A stretch of DNA of 64,000 nt from Candidatus Hydrothermota bacterium (GCA_021158525.1 JAGGUL010000031.1:6955-70954); one strand, 5' to 3'; positions 48,439-59,321 are shown, counted from the first letter of the stretch. The notes: generated from the letters alone by a model not told the origin. Program-made: numbers and translations.

Positions 48439-48472
48439 GGGGTCGGGTCGTGCAACCTGCACGACCCGACCC
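48439..48472. repeat. 34-nt GC-rich perfect palindrome (copy 1): GGGGTCGGGTCGTGCAACCTGCACGACCCGACCC
   Basis: A 15-bp stem with a 3-nt loop. An identical copy sits 256 bp downstream in the same non-coding region. Confidence 0.6.
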
Positions 48473-48694
48473 TAACTAAATTCCTGTATACCAAAGGCTT
48501 CAAGAAGCGTTGGGCGTGCATAACTCGCAACTCACCAATCCCGCATGGGAAGCCCATCAGAGCCGACAATTCTTTACGGCCGATATCATTGGGACACAAT
48601 AAATTAGTCAACTTCTGATCGCCTAAAAAGCCGAAAAATTTTTAGGTGCACATGATCATATTTGCCAATCCCCTCGGCATCAAGAGCTTTCAAT

Positions 48695-48729
48695 GGGGTC
48701 GGGTCGTGCAACCTGCACGACCCGACCCC
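48695..48729. repeat. GC-rich perfect palindrome (copy 2, 35 nt)
   Basis: Identical to 48439..48472, with one extra C. Confidence 0.6.
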
Positions 48730-48745
48730 ATCACAGGATTAAAGA

Positions 48746-48778
48746 CAAAATAAAAAAGCTCCTCCAGCTGGAGGAGCT
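48746..48778 (-). terminator. Rho-independent terminator downstream of the FmdB-like gene
   Basis: Hairpin agctcctccagctggaggagct. On the transcribed minus strand it is followed by TTTTTTATTTT. Confidence 0.55.
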
Positions 48779-48809
48779 GAACGAAGAAAAAGACCTCCCT
48801 GAATGGAAC

Positions 48810-49148
48810 TCAGCTCTTCTTCTTGTCGCCGCCCGTTCCGCTTTTTCCTCGGGCGCTCGCCTCTTCCCTGGCCTTGGCTTTCTCCTCTTTCTTTTTGTAG
48901 TCATTCACGTAGAAGCCTGAGCCCTTGAAAACAAAACCCACGTGCTGGGGCGGAAGCTTGACGAGCCTGCCCCCACAGTATCTACAGGTAAGGGGCTCCT
49001 TCTCACCGGGCAACACCAGGAACTCTTCGACCCTTCCGCACTTCTCGCACTTGTATTCGAAGATCGGCAACTCGATCGCCTCCTTAAGTTTGGTACTGGA
49101 GGGAAGGCCTGCCCGACTGGGTCGGGCAGGCCTTCCCTCCAGACACAC
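48810..49148 (-). CDS. FmdB-family zinc-ribbon protein with a Lys/Gly-rich tail
   Basis: CxxC...CxxC motif (YKCEKCGRVEEF...CRYCGG). It lies immediately downstream of groEL. Confidence 0.55.
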   Translation of the reverse strand: MCLEGRPARPSRAGLPSSTKLKEAIELPIFEYKCEKCGRVEEFLVLPGEKEPLTCRYCGGRLVKLPPQHVGFVFKGSGFYVNDYKKKEEKAKAREEASARGKSGTGGDKKKS

Positions 49149-49150
49149 CT

Positions 49151-50773
<1,623 letters not shown>

Positions 50774-50788
50774 TTCTCGCTCCCTCCT

Positions 50789-51088
50789 TTATTCCTCGAT
50801 AACAGCCAGTATATCGTCTTCCCTCATTATGAGGTACTCCTCACCTTCGATCTTCACCTCGTTCCCGGCGTACTTGGAGAAGAGTATTTTGTCTCCCACC
50901 TTCACCTCCATGGGGACCCTCTGACCCTTCTCATCGAGCCTGCCAGGCCCAACAGCTATAACTTCCCCCCTCTGGGGCTTTTCCTTCGCTGTGTCCGGAA
51001 TGATTATTCCGCTTTTCTTGACTTCTTCCTCCTCAATCCTCTTCACCAACACTCTGTCTGCAAGCGGTCTGACCTTCATCGGTCCCAC
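50789..51088 (-). CDS. groES: Co-chaperonin GroES
   Basis: 99 aa. The sequence [20 protein letters not shown] ... [13 protein letters not shown] is typical of GroES. Confidence 0.9.
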   Translation of the reverse strand: MGPMKVRPLADRVLVKRIEEEEVKKSGIIIPDTAKEKPQRGEVIAVGPGRLDEKGQRVPMEVKVGDKILFSKYAGNEVKIEGEEYLIMREDDILAVIEE

Positions 51089-51115
51089 CTCCTTTTTTCC
51101 TTGGGAAAGCGATAT

Positions 51116-51145
51116 AATTTACTGTGGAAGCTGGGCTTTGTCAAG
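51116..51145 (-). promoter_or_regulatory. Sigma70-like promoter for groES-groEL (TTGACA-N17-TAAATT); no CIRCE element
   Basis: On the minus strand the sequence reads TTGACAaagcccagcttccacagTAAATT. It is about 30 nt upstream of an AAGGAGG Shine-Dalgarno and the groES ATG. Confidence 0.4.
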
Positions 51146-51260
51146 TCTGCTTAAATTCTCATATAAATTTTTCCTAAAAGCCCCTCTTCAAATTTCCTGA
51201 AATCAAAAGGTTGCATTACGGCGTGGGCAATCCTGTTTCGTCTTTCTTGAGAAAGGCCGC

Positions 51261-51770
51261 TCAGAAGGCGTCGTAGGAGACTATTTCCGATAGAGGTTTC
51301 CTCGGCGGAGGTTCCGGGGACTCAGCGGGATAACCGATGGGAAGGAGGGCCACCACCTTGCAGCAGGATGGTATGCCGAGGATCTCCCTGACCTTTTCCT
51401 GCTCAAAGGCTCCGATCCAGCAGCTTCCCAGACCTTTATCGCACGCGGCGAGCACCATGTGCTCGACGGCAATGGCAAGGTCCACAGCATAGGCCGGAAC
51501 GCCGCAGGACATCACGTGACCGGGGTCAAGAGCAACGGCCGCTATAACCAGCGGGGCTTCGGCGATAAAATTCTGATCGAAGGAGGCCTTTGCCAAAGCC
51601 TTTTTCTTATCGGGATCCCTCACAACCACGAATTTCCACATCTGAAGGTTCTTGGCCGAAGGCGCCCAGCGGGCAGCTTCGAGTATCTCCTTCAAAATCC
51701 TTTCCTCAACCTCCCTGGACTTATAAGCCCTGATGCTCCTTCTCCTCCTGACCACCTCCATGAATTCCAT
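51261..51770 (-). CDS. Nitroreductase-family flavoprotein
   Basis: Begins RRRRSIRAY and is 169 aa. It has the nitroreductase fold pattern. Confidence 0.75.
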   Translation of the reverse strand: MEFMEVVRRRRSIRAYKSREVEERILKEILEAARWAPSAKNLQMWKFVVVRDPDKKKALAKASFDQNFIAEAPLVIAAVALDPGHVMSCGVPAYAVDLAIAVEHMVLAACDKGLGSCWIGAFEQEKVREILGIPSCCKVVALLPIGYPAESPEPPPRKPLSEIVSYDAF

Positions 51771-51788
51771 GGCACAGCACCTCCCTCA

Positions 51789-52199
51789 TCAAAAACTTTT
51801 GAAAACCCGGGCCAGGGGATGGCCCGGGGCTCTGACTTCCAGGTCGAGGAAAAATCCGAAGGGAGTCTCGTAGACCTCATAGCCCGCGTTTTCGAGGCGC
51901 TCTCTCGCCTTATCGAGGACTTCCCTGACGAAGGCCGGGTCGGCCTTGCTCTCAGAGAGATGTGCGAAGGAGTGAAGAACAATCCTCTTCGTGCCGTTCT
52001 TGCCCCCAAGCCACTTCAGGTTCTTTATGAGTTTGGTGACGATGGCGCCGCCTTTCTCCCTGTCCTCGGCTTCCACGTGGATAAACCCGACTATGGCATC
52101 CTCGATAGATGCTTCCTCGTGATCGCACTCGGCCTCGGGCAAAGCCTTCTTACCGAGTCTGTACTTGAAAAGCTCCGCGTGGATTGTAAGCAGTTTCAT
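51789..52199 (-). CDS. Free-standing homologue of the archaeal-type threonyl-tRNA synthetase editing domain (tRNA-Thr_ED / D-aminoacyl-tRNA-deacylase-like fold)
   Basis: 136 aa. It aligns along its full length with the N-terminal editing domain of archaeal ThrRS: MKLLTIHAELFKYRLGKKAL, AIVGFIHVEAED, IVLHSFAHLSESKADP and ETPFGFFLDLEVRAPGHPLA match the archaeal N-domain blocks. Confidence 0.65.
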   Translation of the reverse strand: MKLLTIHAELFKYRLGKKALPEAECDHEEASIEDAIVGFIHVEAEDREKGGAIVTKLIKNLKWLGGKNGTKRIVLHSFAHLSESKADPAFVREVLDKARERLENAGYEVYETPFGFFLDLEVRAPGHPLARVFKSF

Positions 52200-52210
52200 T
52201 CCCTGTCAGT

Positions 52211-53122
52211 TCACCAGCTCGCTCCTACTGAGATCCTGTGCGAGGGGCCGAGAACATCCCGGTCGGCCACAAAAGCATAGTCAATGTTATAATGGCCCAG
52301 CCCCTGTGTCAACCTAATCCCGAAGCCAGCGCTGAAGATGTTCCTCTTGTCGTATTCGCTCATCTTGTGAATTAATCCGCCCCTCAATGCGAAAACCTCC
52401 GGAACAGGCCAGACCTCGACGCCAAATCTGACATCGGCAAGGGGCAGGCTGCTTTCCCCTGAGATGTCGAGCTCGGCGTTGATCCTCGACGCGAGAAGCG
52501 AATAGGATGCGCCCATCTGATAAGAGGGGGGGAGGGACTCCTTGGTGCCCGTTCCCCATTTCAGGCGGGAGATCAGGTCTCTTATGATCATTCCGAAGCG
52601 AAAGGCTCCCATAACTCCAAGGAAGGCAGCATCGGCACTTCCTCCAGAAACGTCGGCGCCCTCTATGTCCGTCTTGTTGAAGAGGAACTTGAGCCTTCCC
52701 CCAACGGCTATGCCCGGAGAGAACTCGCGGGCGAAAGCATAACTGACGCAGTTCTCGTTCCATTTTACCGTCTCGTCGTAGGCCTTAAGCCCCACGAACT
52801 CCCAGGAGAGAGCTCCACCCCCGTATCCCTTATCCTCCTGTGCGACAGCGGCAAAGCCGCCCTTGAGCGGAAGGTCCCCGAAATGGGCATACATCCCCGT
52901 GAAATCATAGCCCTTGAGGAAAGCCAACGCTGCGGGATTCCAGTAGGCGGATGGCGCGCCCTGGACCAGGGCAGTGAAAGCCCCTCCCATGGCCAACCCT
53001 CTTGCATCGACTCCCAAAAGGGGAAAGGCGCCTCTCGCCGAGGCCCCCTGTCCCCAGAGGGTGGCTGTGGTGATCACGAAAATCGCCGTTAACTTCCCCA
53101 TGGCAAGCATTCTCTTCCTCAT
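52211..53122 (-). CDS. Outer-membrane beta-barrel protein (PorV/FadL-like, possibly associated with the T9SS-like cargo)
   Basis: Signal peptide, an N-terminal motif AYWNPAALAF, alternating beta-strand pattern, and a C-terminal aromatic residue (SW). Confidence 0.5.
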   Translation of the reverse strand: MRKRMLAMGKLTAIFVITTATLWGQGASARGAFPLLGVDARGLAMGGAFTALVQGAPSAYWNPAALAFLKGYDFTGMYAHFGDLPLKGGFAAVAQEDKGYGGGALSWEFVGLKAYDETVKWNENCVSYAFAREFSPGIAVGGRLKFLFNKTDIEGADVSGGSADAAFLGVMGAFRFGMIIRDLISRLKWGTGTKESLPPSYQMGASYSLLASRINAELDISGESSLPLADVRFGVEVWPVPEVFALRGGLIHKMSEYDKRNIFSAGFGIRLTQGLGHYNIDYAFVADRDVLGPSHRISVGASW

Positions 53123-53134
53123 GATATTCCTCCT

Positions 53135-56100
53135 TTAACGCACAACGGCGAAGAAATCCTTTTTCTTTGACTGAGTTCCATCGGAATAACGCGCCTCAAC
53201 TATGTAGAGATAAACGCCGTTCTTGACTTCGCTTCCGGCAGCATTCTTGAGGCCATCCCAGGCTATTTCTCGGTCGCTCCCGGCCTGCAGATCGGCCTCT
53301 GCCCTCCAGACAAAGTTGCCCGAGAGGTTGTAAACGGATATCCTGACATGGGCATCTTTGGGGAGGGAGATCCTGAACTTGTTGTCAGTCAGGTTCATGG
53401 GCTTGGGTGCCGAGACCTCGAACTCCGGAGGTCCCACAAATACGGTGAACCTGACGGTATCGGAGCTGTTGCCAAAATCATCGAGCGAGAAGAGCCAGAT
53501 CTCGTTGGGAATCCCATAGGTCAGCTGTACGTCGGTAAAGGTGAAGGTGCTGTCTATAGCCGCCCTCGTCGAATCTCTGAACTCGGAGTTGACGAAAAGC
53601 ATGACGAGGGCATAGGGCTCTGTCTTCCCCGAAATGGTGAGGGTGTCGTTCGACGTCCGGTCGGGTATGTTCATCGAGGCCGGTGCGGGAGGCGGAACTG
53701 TGTCCACGAGATAGATGAACCTGTTTTTGACGAGAAGGGAATCTCCAACGGAATTCTTGGCACTCACGATTATATAGAAGGCCCCATTATCCGAGCCATC
53801 GACGGCCAGCGGGACATCGATATACCAGGCATAGGTACTGTCATTGAGCGTGTCGGCAACGCCATCGAGAGTATCGTTGAGGCCCTTCGTGAGATACACC
53901 GAGATATCCAGCAGGCCAGCTCCGACCCTGTCGCGCAAAACGGCGACCGCCCCATCGATCTGAACCCACACCGTGTCTCCATTTCCGACTTCGATGAGGT
54001 CACCGTGGGTCGGCTTCACATAGGTAATGGCACTGAGGGGTTTCCAGTAATAGAAATCAAGCGTGTCTATGCGAATATTGCTTGCGAGATCGCCGAACAT
54101 GCGGAAAAGATGGTAGGCCCCCTCGGCGACGAAATTGCCGACGATGTCGAGAAGGACGGTATCGCCCATAAACCTCGTTTCGAGGGCTACGCTATCATAA
54201 GCTGCGTCCCAGAGGGCAAAGCGAGTGTGAGACGTGTCAAGGCCCGACAGATCGCTGACCACGAAGAGAAAACTATCGGGCACTGTGTAAAGCGTGTCGC
54301 CCTCCTGAATCGATGCGAAGACAATCTGAGGCAAACCCGTATCCAAGAGAAAGTGGGATTCGTAGACATCTCCCGCCGTGGAATCATTGGCCAGAGGGAA
54401 AACCTTCATGCTGTAGGTGCCATTTGCGGTAAGAGGGCCTGAAAGTTCCAGGGTGAAAGTCCAAAGGCTATCTTCGGCGCTGAAACTCATCTGTCCGTCG
54501 ATGAGGGAATCAGATGGATCGAAAAGCTGTATGTAAGAATTGGCCGTATCTATGCCGCTTCCCGTCCTGTCCAGAACAAGGGCGGAGACCGAGCTCACCG
54601 AGTTCACAACAGCCCCATCTGCCGGAGAAGTCGAGATGACAATGGGCTCCCTGTCGGGTACGGTAAAGGTGTACACGAGATCTACCGAATGGCCGGCTCT
54701 GTCAGAGAGGTGGAGGGAAAGGCTGTATTCCCCGCCGGGGAAGCCGGCTCCGGGATCTATGTGCCAGACGAGGCGTCCCTCGCCGTTTCCGAGATCGACC
54801 CTCGAGAGATAACCGGGCACACCGGTGGAATCGGGGTAAAGCAGGACGAGGTAAGAAGCTTCCAGGTTAACCCCCGAAACCGCTGAAATCCCCTGATAGA
54901 GATCGCTTACCACCGCATAAACGCTGTCCCGGGGTACGACTCCGATGGCTCCAGAATCGGGATAGATCTCAACCACATGGGGCGGCCTCGAGTCGTAGAT
55001 AAAGACGAATGTATCGGGGTTCGAAGGGCTCAGAAGATGGCCTGCCAGATCCTGTGCGTAAACGAGAAAGCGATAGAGCCCATCGGCCGCTCCGTTGGGC
55101 AAAATGGGAGAGGAAAGAGTGAACGTTATAGTATCTCCCGAAAGGCTGTTCGCACCTGGGACAGCCTGACCGTTGTAGTTCTCCAATTCCACCCGGGTCA
55201 GCGTTGTGTCTGGATTTATTCCGCTCCCCGACTGATCCTCGAGAATGACCTGTACGAAATAAAGGGTGTCAGCGACGAAGCCCGAATCGGAAGGGTAAGT
55301 TGCCAAAACGTAAGGAGCGCTGACATCGAGCAGGAAAGACCAGCTCGAACTATCCTCGTTGAACACGTTATCGAACAGCCTGACCGAAATGGTGTAGTTT
55401 CCGCCGACTGTCAGAGGAGATGAGAGAATGTAATAAAGTGTGTCGCCGTGGGTTTCGGCCGTGCCAGGAAGGCTATCGCCATTTTCAGTGATCACATATA
55501 TCTCAGAGGCCTGGTAGTTCACGCCCGAGGGCTCCCTTCCGGAAACGACAGAGTCGCTCGGCAGTATCCAGACCCAGCTCACCTGTTCGCCAACGGTGGC
55601 ATTGGGTGCCGGGAAGCTTGCCACGACAACCGGAGGCCTCGTGTCGAATATAAAGGTGGTCTCCAGAGTATCGGAGTTCCCCGCGTTATCGGCGGCCGTC
55701 GCGGTTATAAAGTACCTGCCGTCATCGGAGCCATCGGTCCTCAGCGGAGGATAGGGAATAAATGTGACCGTGCTCTCTGCCATCGACGTGTTGCCGTTGA
55801 CAGGTCCCTGAGGTCCTGTCAAAAACAGGGACGAAAGGGATGTGTTGGGCCCCGAGAGCTGATCCCGCAGCACCATCAGCACGCTGTCTACCCTGCTCAG
55901 ATAGGAGGAATCCTCGGGGTACAGGTAAATCTGCGGGGGTGTCCTGTCGAGGGTAAACTGAGTGCTGTCGGTCCCTATGTTTCCAGCGGAGTCAACGGCA
56001 GTGACCACGGTGTAGTAATTGCCATCGGCTAAATCGAGAATGCCGCTTCCCGCCTTGCCGGACTTCGATTTCATGTTCGTGACTGCACCGCTCACGACAA

Positions 56101-59100
56101 AGAGAAGCGTATCGGGCTCAAGCCTTATGACCTGCCCTGGCACCAACGAACCATCCCTTTTGAGCGATATGTTGCTCGCGCCGAGATTGACCCCGGAAGT
56201 GAGGTCGCTTATCCTCGCCCACACCGTATCCATCTGAGCCAGATTCACGAGTCCCTGGGGATAGAACTCGACCGCGCTCGGGGCCTGAGTGTCATAGGTA
56301 AATCTCAGGGTCGTCGGGTTCTGGGGTTCGAGGGGCCAGCCGGCGGCATCGGTAGCTGTGACGACGACTGTGTAGCTGCCGTCGTCGGATCCGTCCTCAG
56401 AGAGCGGCACGGTGAATTGATAAACTGCGCTGTCTCCCTCGAGGCTCAGGCTGCCGGGCACCGATTGGCCTCCCGGGCCTATTACAGTCATGGTCACCGA
56501 TTCAACGCCGCTGCCGTTGCCGTCATCGAAACGCACAACCACGCGGTCGATGCTTTCCACGACATAGCTGCCGTCGGAAGGAAAGCTGGAAGAGATAACA
56601 GGGCCTTGGAGGTCGAGCAAAAAGCCCATGGACAGGGAATCACGGTTGCCGGCGTTATCGACTGCCCTAACGAAGACCTCGTAATTTCCATCCTCGCTCA
56701 GAGTGTCGCTCAGAACCCAGAAAACGGTATCTCCTGAGGTGACTTTCTGCCCCGATACGGGAAGGCTGTCCCTGTAGAGCCTGACGGAACTCGCCGAAAA
56801 ATCGATTCCGGAACTCTCCCTCCCGGGATTGATATCAGAGAGAACCGCGAAAACAGCCGATATAGGTGTTGAAACCAGCCCTCCCGATGGATTGACCTCT
56901 GCTATGACTGGTTTCTTGGTATCATAGATGAACTCCCCCTCAAGTGTATCTGTGTTTCCGGCGACGTCCGATGCCGTAAGGGTGACGTGATAGCTGCCGT
57001 CTTCAGTGCCGTCAGTCGCAAGCGGCGGGTCGGGGACAAAGATGATGACGGTATCCCTCACGTAGGTGCTTCCGGCCACCGCGCCGAGGGGACCCGTGAG
57101 CTGAAGGACAGCCGCGGACATGTCCACACCCGAAAGCTCGTCGTGGAGGACCGCGTAAGAGCTGTCAAGGACATTAACAAAATCAGAGTCTGAAGGATAA
57201 ATCGAGGCTATCGGAGGCCGGGTATCAAAGGTGAACGTCAGCGTGTCTTCCTCAACGTTTCCCGCACTATCGCGCATTTCAACCCGTATATCATAGATGC
57301 CATCGTCTTCTCCACCGGGCACGAGGGGCTCCGTGAGGACGTATTTCAGCGTATCGGGAGGAAGGCGGTTCAGGGTCCCCGCGACCAGAACCTCGTCCTT
57401 TAGCAGCCTCAGATCCGACGAATCGAGATTCACGCCCGATAACTCATCCCACATCGCGGTCCTTATATCGCTGAGTGTATCGGTAACATAGCTGCTATCT
57501 GAAGGAGTCGAAAACAAGAGAACCGGTGCCGTGCTGTCGTAGAGGACATAGAGCGTATCGGACGACGTTCCTCTGTTCATAACCTCGTCGTACGGAACGG
57601 CGAAAATGTAGTTATCGCCCTCCACGTAGGAAACGATGTAGCTGAAGTATCCCGTCAGAGTGTCGGCATTAGCCGTGCCGAGAAGATGGCCGTTCCTCAT
57701 GATATCAAGGCGGCTTCCGGGCTCGGAGAACCCCTTCAGGGTATCGGTGGAATCCGATGTGGGAGTTGAGAGTGAAAGCGTATCGAGATCAGGCGCTCCA
57801 GGGGGCAGGTTATCGATCCCCACCTCAGTGGTGGCCTGGAAACCATCGCCTGTCAGGGGATCGTAGAGGTCGACGACGATCGTATACGTGGTATCGCTTC
57901 CGGGCGCGAGATAATCGCCCTCATCGTTCTTCCCGTCGAAGGGGACAGAGTGAGTCCCTCCCGATTGGCTCTCGGACTCTATGAGGGTTCTGACCAGCGT
58001 CGTCGAATCGAAAACCGAGGAGGAATTGTAGATCTTGATCGTAACCTGGGCGTCCTCGGAGAGGTTATAGGAAATCGTAGCGACGTCGAACTGGCCGTCG
58101 TGGTTCTCAGGCGATATGACTGGTGGAGTCACGGTCAGGTCTGACAGGGAAGTCGGAACCGAATTTGCCACAACAGAACCCGTGAACTGGTCAAGGTTGT
58201 AGGCATCGTCCTCAAGGAATATCTTGTAAGTGTAAAGCCCATCGGGATAGGGGCCAGGCCCCCAGAGCACGGAATAGGTATCGTCGCCGTGAAATTCCTG
58301 ATAAAAATTGTGCTGAAAGACCTCATTGCCCGTGCTGTCAAGGATCGTTACGGTGGCGTTTCCGGTGAAAGCGTAAAGGTAAAGTATGGCAGTATCGCCT
58401 TCCGCCAGCTCATCGGCCCAGTAATCGAGGCTCTCAAACCTGTTGGAAAGGTCTCCAACCCTGTTGAGAAGGGCCGGTGTTTCCTCGACCGTGACATCGA
58501 CTATGGTGTTGTTCCAGTCTATGAAGTGAAGGGTCACGTTATCCGTGGTGAAATGGTGGGGCAGAAGGGTAAAATAAACAGGGAAAGGCGGCATCGTCGG
58601 GGAATTATCGGGAGTGGTGATGTACGTGTTGCCGGAGGCGGTTCCGATGACGGTCAAAACCGCTATCCTCCCCGAAGGCAGAAGATAGGAATCGTAGCCC
58701 GGCGGGCTGGTGTTGGACGCCGTGAATTCTATCCTCAGATAATCGTCAACCCCGTCGTTGTCAGGACTGAAGGGATTGGGAACCGCGGAAATAGAACTGA
58801 GAGAGGGAGGAGTCTTGTCGATGACCACCATACTGGAAACGGTGTCGATGGGTGTGCCCAGAGTGTCCCAGCCAAATATGAGGAAGGTATAGCTCCCGTC
58901 AGCATAGCCGCCCCCATCCCAGAGAAGGCTATGCGAACCGGAGCTCAGCAAAGTGCTGTCGATGAGAGTGTCGGGCGGAGAACCCTGGACAATGAGCCTT
59001 ATATAGGCCGGACCCGAAAGGCTGAAGCCGATCTGGGTTGTATCAGCCCTGCCGTCGCCGTTGGGAGAAAATGGATTGGGATTCACATAAACCCCGTTAA

Positions 59101-59164
59101 CCTGTGGCAGGGCGCTCAGAGCGCCCGCAACTGCCAAAAGGATCAAAAACTTACCCCATCTCAT
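53135..59164 (-). CDS. Giant (2009-aa) secreted cell-surface protein with many Ig-like/cadherin-like repeats and a FlgD-Ig/T9SS-like C-terminal sorting domain
   Basis: Signal peptide, then about 100-aa repeats (…DT.PP…S..P.D…SG.D…, repeated more than 12 times). The C-terminus (FRISLPKDAHVRISVYNLSGNFVWRAEADLQAGSDREIAWDGLKNAAGSEVKNGVYLYIVEARY) matches the CTDs of the BNR and Kelch proteins. Confidence 0.7.
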   Translation of the reverse strand: MRWGKFLILLAVAGALSALPQVNGVYVNPNPFSPNGDGRADTTQIGFSLSGPAYIRLIVQGSPPDTLIDSTLLSSGSHSLLWDGGGYADGSYTFLIFGWDTLGTPIDTVSSMVVIDKTPPSLSSISAVPNPFSPDNDGVDDYLRIEFTASNTSPPGYDSYLLPSGRIAVLTVIGTASGNTYITTPDNSPTMPPFPVYFTLLPHHFTTDNVTLHFIDWNNTIVDVTVEETPALLNRVGDLSNRFESLDYWADELAEGDTAILYLYAFTGNATVTILDSTGNEVFQHNFYQEFHGDDTYSVLWGPGPYPDGLYTYKIFLEDDAYNLDQFTGSVVANSVPTSLSDLTVTPPVISPENHDGQFDVATISYNLSEDAQVTIKIYNSSSVFDSTTLVRTLIESESQSGGTHSVPFDGKNDEGDYLAPGSDTTYTIVVDLYDPLTGDGFQATTEVGIDNLPPGAPDLDTLSLSTPTSDSTDTLKGFSEPGSRLDIMRNGHLLGTANADTLTGYFSYIVSYVEGDNYIFAVPYDEVMNRGTSSDTLYVLYDSTAPVLLFSTPSDSSYVTDTLSDIRTAMWDELSGVNLDSSDLRLLKDEVLVAGTLNRLPPDTLKYVLTEPLVPGGEDDGIYDIRVEMRDSAGNVEEDTLTFTFDTRPPIASIYPSDSDFVNVLDSSYAVLHDELSGVDMSAAVLQLTGPLGAVAGSTYVRDTVIIFVPDPPLATDGTEDGSYHVTLTASDVAGNTDTLEGEFIYDTKKPVIAEVNPSGGLVSTPISAVFAVLSDINPGRESSGIDFSASSVRLYRDSLPVSGQKVTSGDTVFWVLSDTLSEDGNYEVFVRAVDNAGNRDSLSMGFLLDLQGPVISSSFPSDGSYVVESIDRVVVRFDDGNGSGVESVTMTVIGPGGQSVPGSLSLEGDSAVYQFTVPLSEDGSDDGSYTVVVTATDAAGWPLEPQNPTTLRFTYDTQAPSAVEFYPQGLVNLAQMDTVWARISDLTSGVNLGASNISLKRDGSLVPGQVIRLEPDTLLFVVSGAVTNMKSKSGKAGSGILDLADGNYYTVVTAVDSAGNIGTDSTQFTLDRTPPQIYLYPEDSSYLSRVDSVLMVLRDQLSGPNTSLSSLFLTGPQGPVNGNTSMAESTVTFIPYPPLRTDGSDDGRYFITATAADNAGNSDTLETTFIFDTRPPVVVASFPAPNATVGEQVSWVWILPSDSVVSGREPSGVNYQASEIYVITENGDSLPGTAETHGDTLYYILSSPLTVGGNYTISVRLFDNVFNEDSSSWSFLLDVSAPYVLATYPSDSGFVADTLYFVQVILEDQSGSGINPDTTLTRVELENYNGQAVPGANSLSGDTITFTLSSPILPNGAADGLYRFLVYAQDLAGHLLSPSNPDTFVFIYDSRPPHVVEIYPDSGAIGVVPRDSVYAVVSDLYQGISAVSGVNLEASYLVLLYPDSTGVPGYLSRVDLGNGEGRLVWHIDPGAGFPGGEYSLSLHLSDRAGHSVDLVYTFTVPDREPIVISTSPADGAVVNSVSSVSALVLDRTGSGIDTANSYIQLFDPSDSLIDGQMSFSAEDSLWTFTLELSGPLTANGTYSMKVFPLANDSTAGDVYESHFLLDTGLPQIVFASIQEGDTLYTVPDSFLFVVSDLSGLDTSHTRFALWDAAYDSVALETRFMGDTVLLDIVGNFVAEGAYHLFRMFGDLASNIRIDTLDFYYWKPLSAITYVKPTHGDLIEVGNGDTVWVQIDGAVAVLRDRVGAGLLDISVYLTKGLNDTLDGVADTLNDSTYAWYIDVPLAVDGSDNGAFYIIVSAKNSVGDSLLVKNRFIYLVDTVPPPAPASMNIPDRTSNDTLTISGKTEPYALVMLFVNSEFRDSTRAAIDSTFTFTDVQLTYGIPNEIWLFSLDDFGNSSDTVRFTVFVGPPEFEVSAPKPMNLTDNKFRISLPKDAHVRISVYNLSGNFVWRAEADLQAGSDREIAWDGLKNAAGSEVKNGVYLYIVEARYSDGTQSKKKDFFAVVR

Positions 59165-59321
59165 GAACTAATCCTCCTTTTTCCACTTTTTCCAAGGGTG
59201 TGAAAGGCCCGCTTGTGATAACAGCGGGAAAAACGAGGGACATCGTTATCGGAGAAGAGAACGGTGGAAAAGCGAGAAATTGAACAAGGCCTTCAGGATT
59301 GCCTAAAGGATAAAAATAAAG

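Noticed and set aside
48394-48729. Possible CRISPR array suggested by the repeated 34-nt element
   Set aside because: There are only two full copies, with a 256-bp spacing. The repeats are perfect palindromes, whereas CRISPR repeats are regularly spaced at about 30-40 bp. There are no cas genes in the window.
48049-48809. SRP RNA (ffs), RNase P RNA or tmRNA upstream of dnaX
   Set aside because: ffs often precedes dnaX, so I looked on both strands for GGAAGGAAGCAGC (SRP helix 8), GGUAAGAGCGCACC / CCGGCUUA (RNase P) and a tRNA-like 3' end (tmRNA). I found only weak partial resemblances and no conserved core motifs.
51089-51260. CIRCE/HrcA operator (TTAGCACTC-N9-GAGTGCTAA) upstream of groES
   Set aside because: No GCACTC/GAGTGC inverted repeat is present. 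A sigma70-like TTGACA-N17-TAAATT is present instead.
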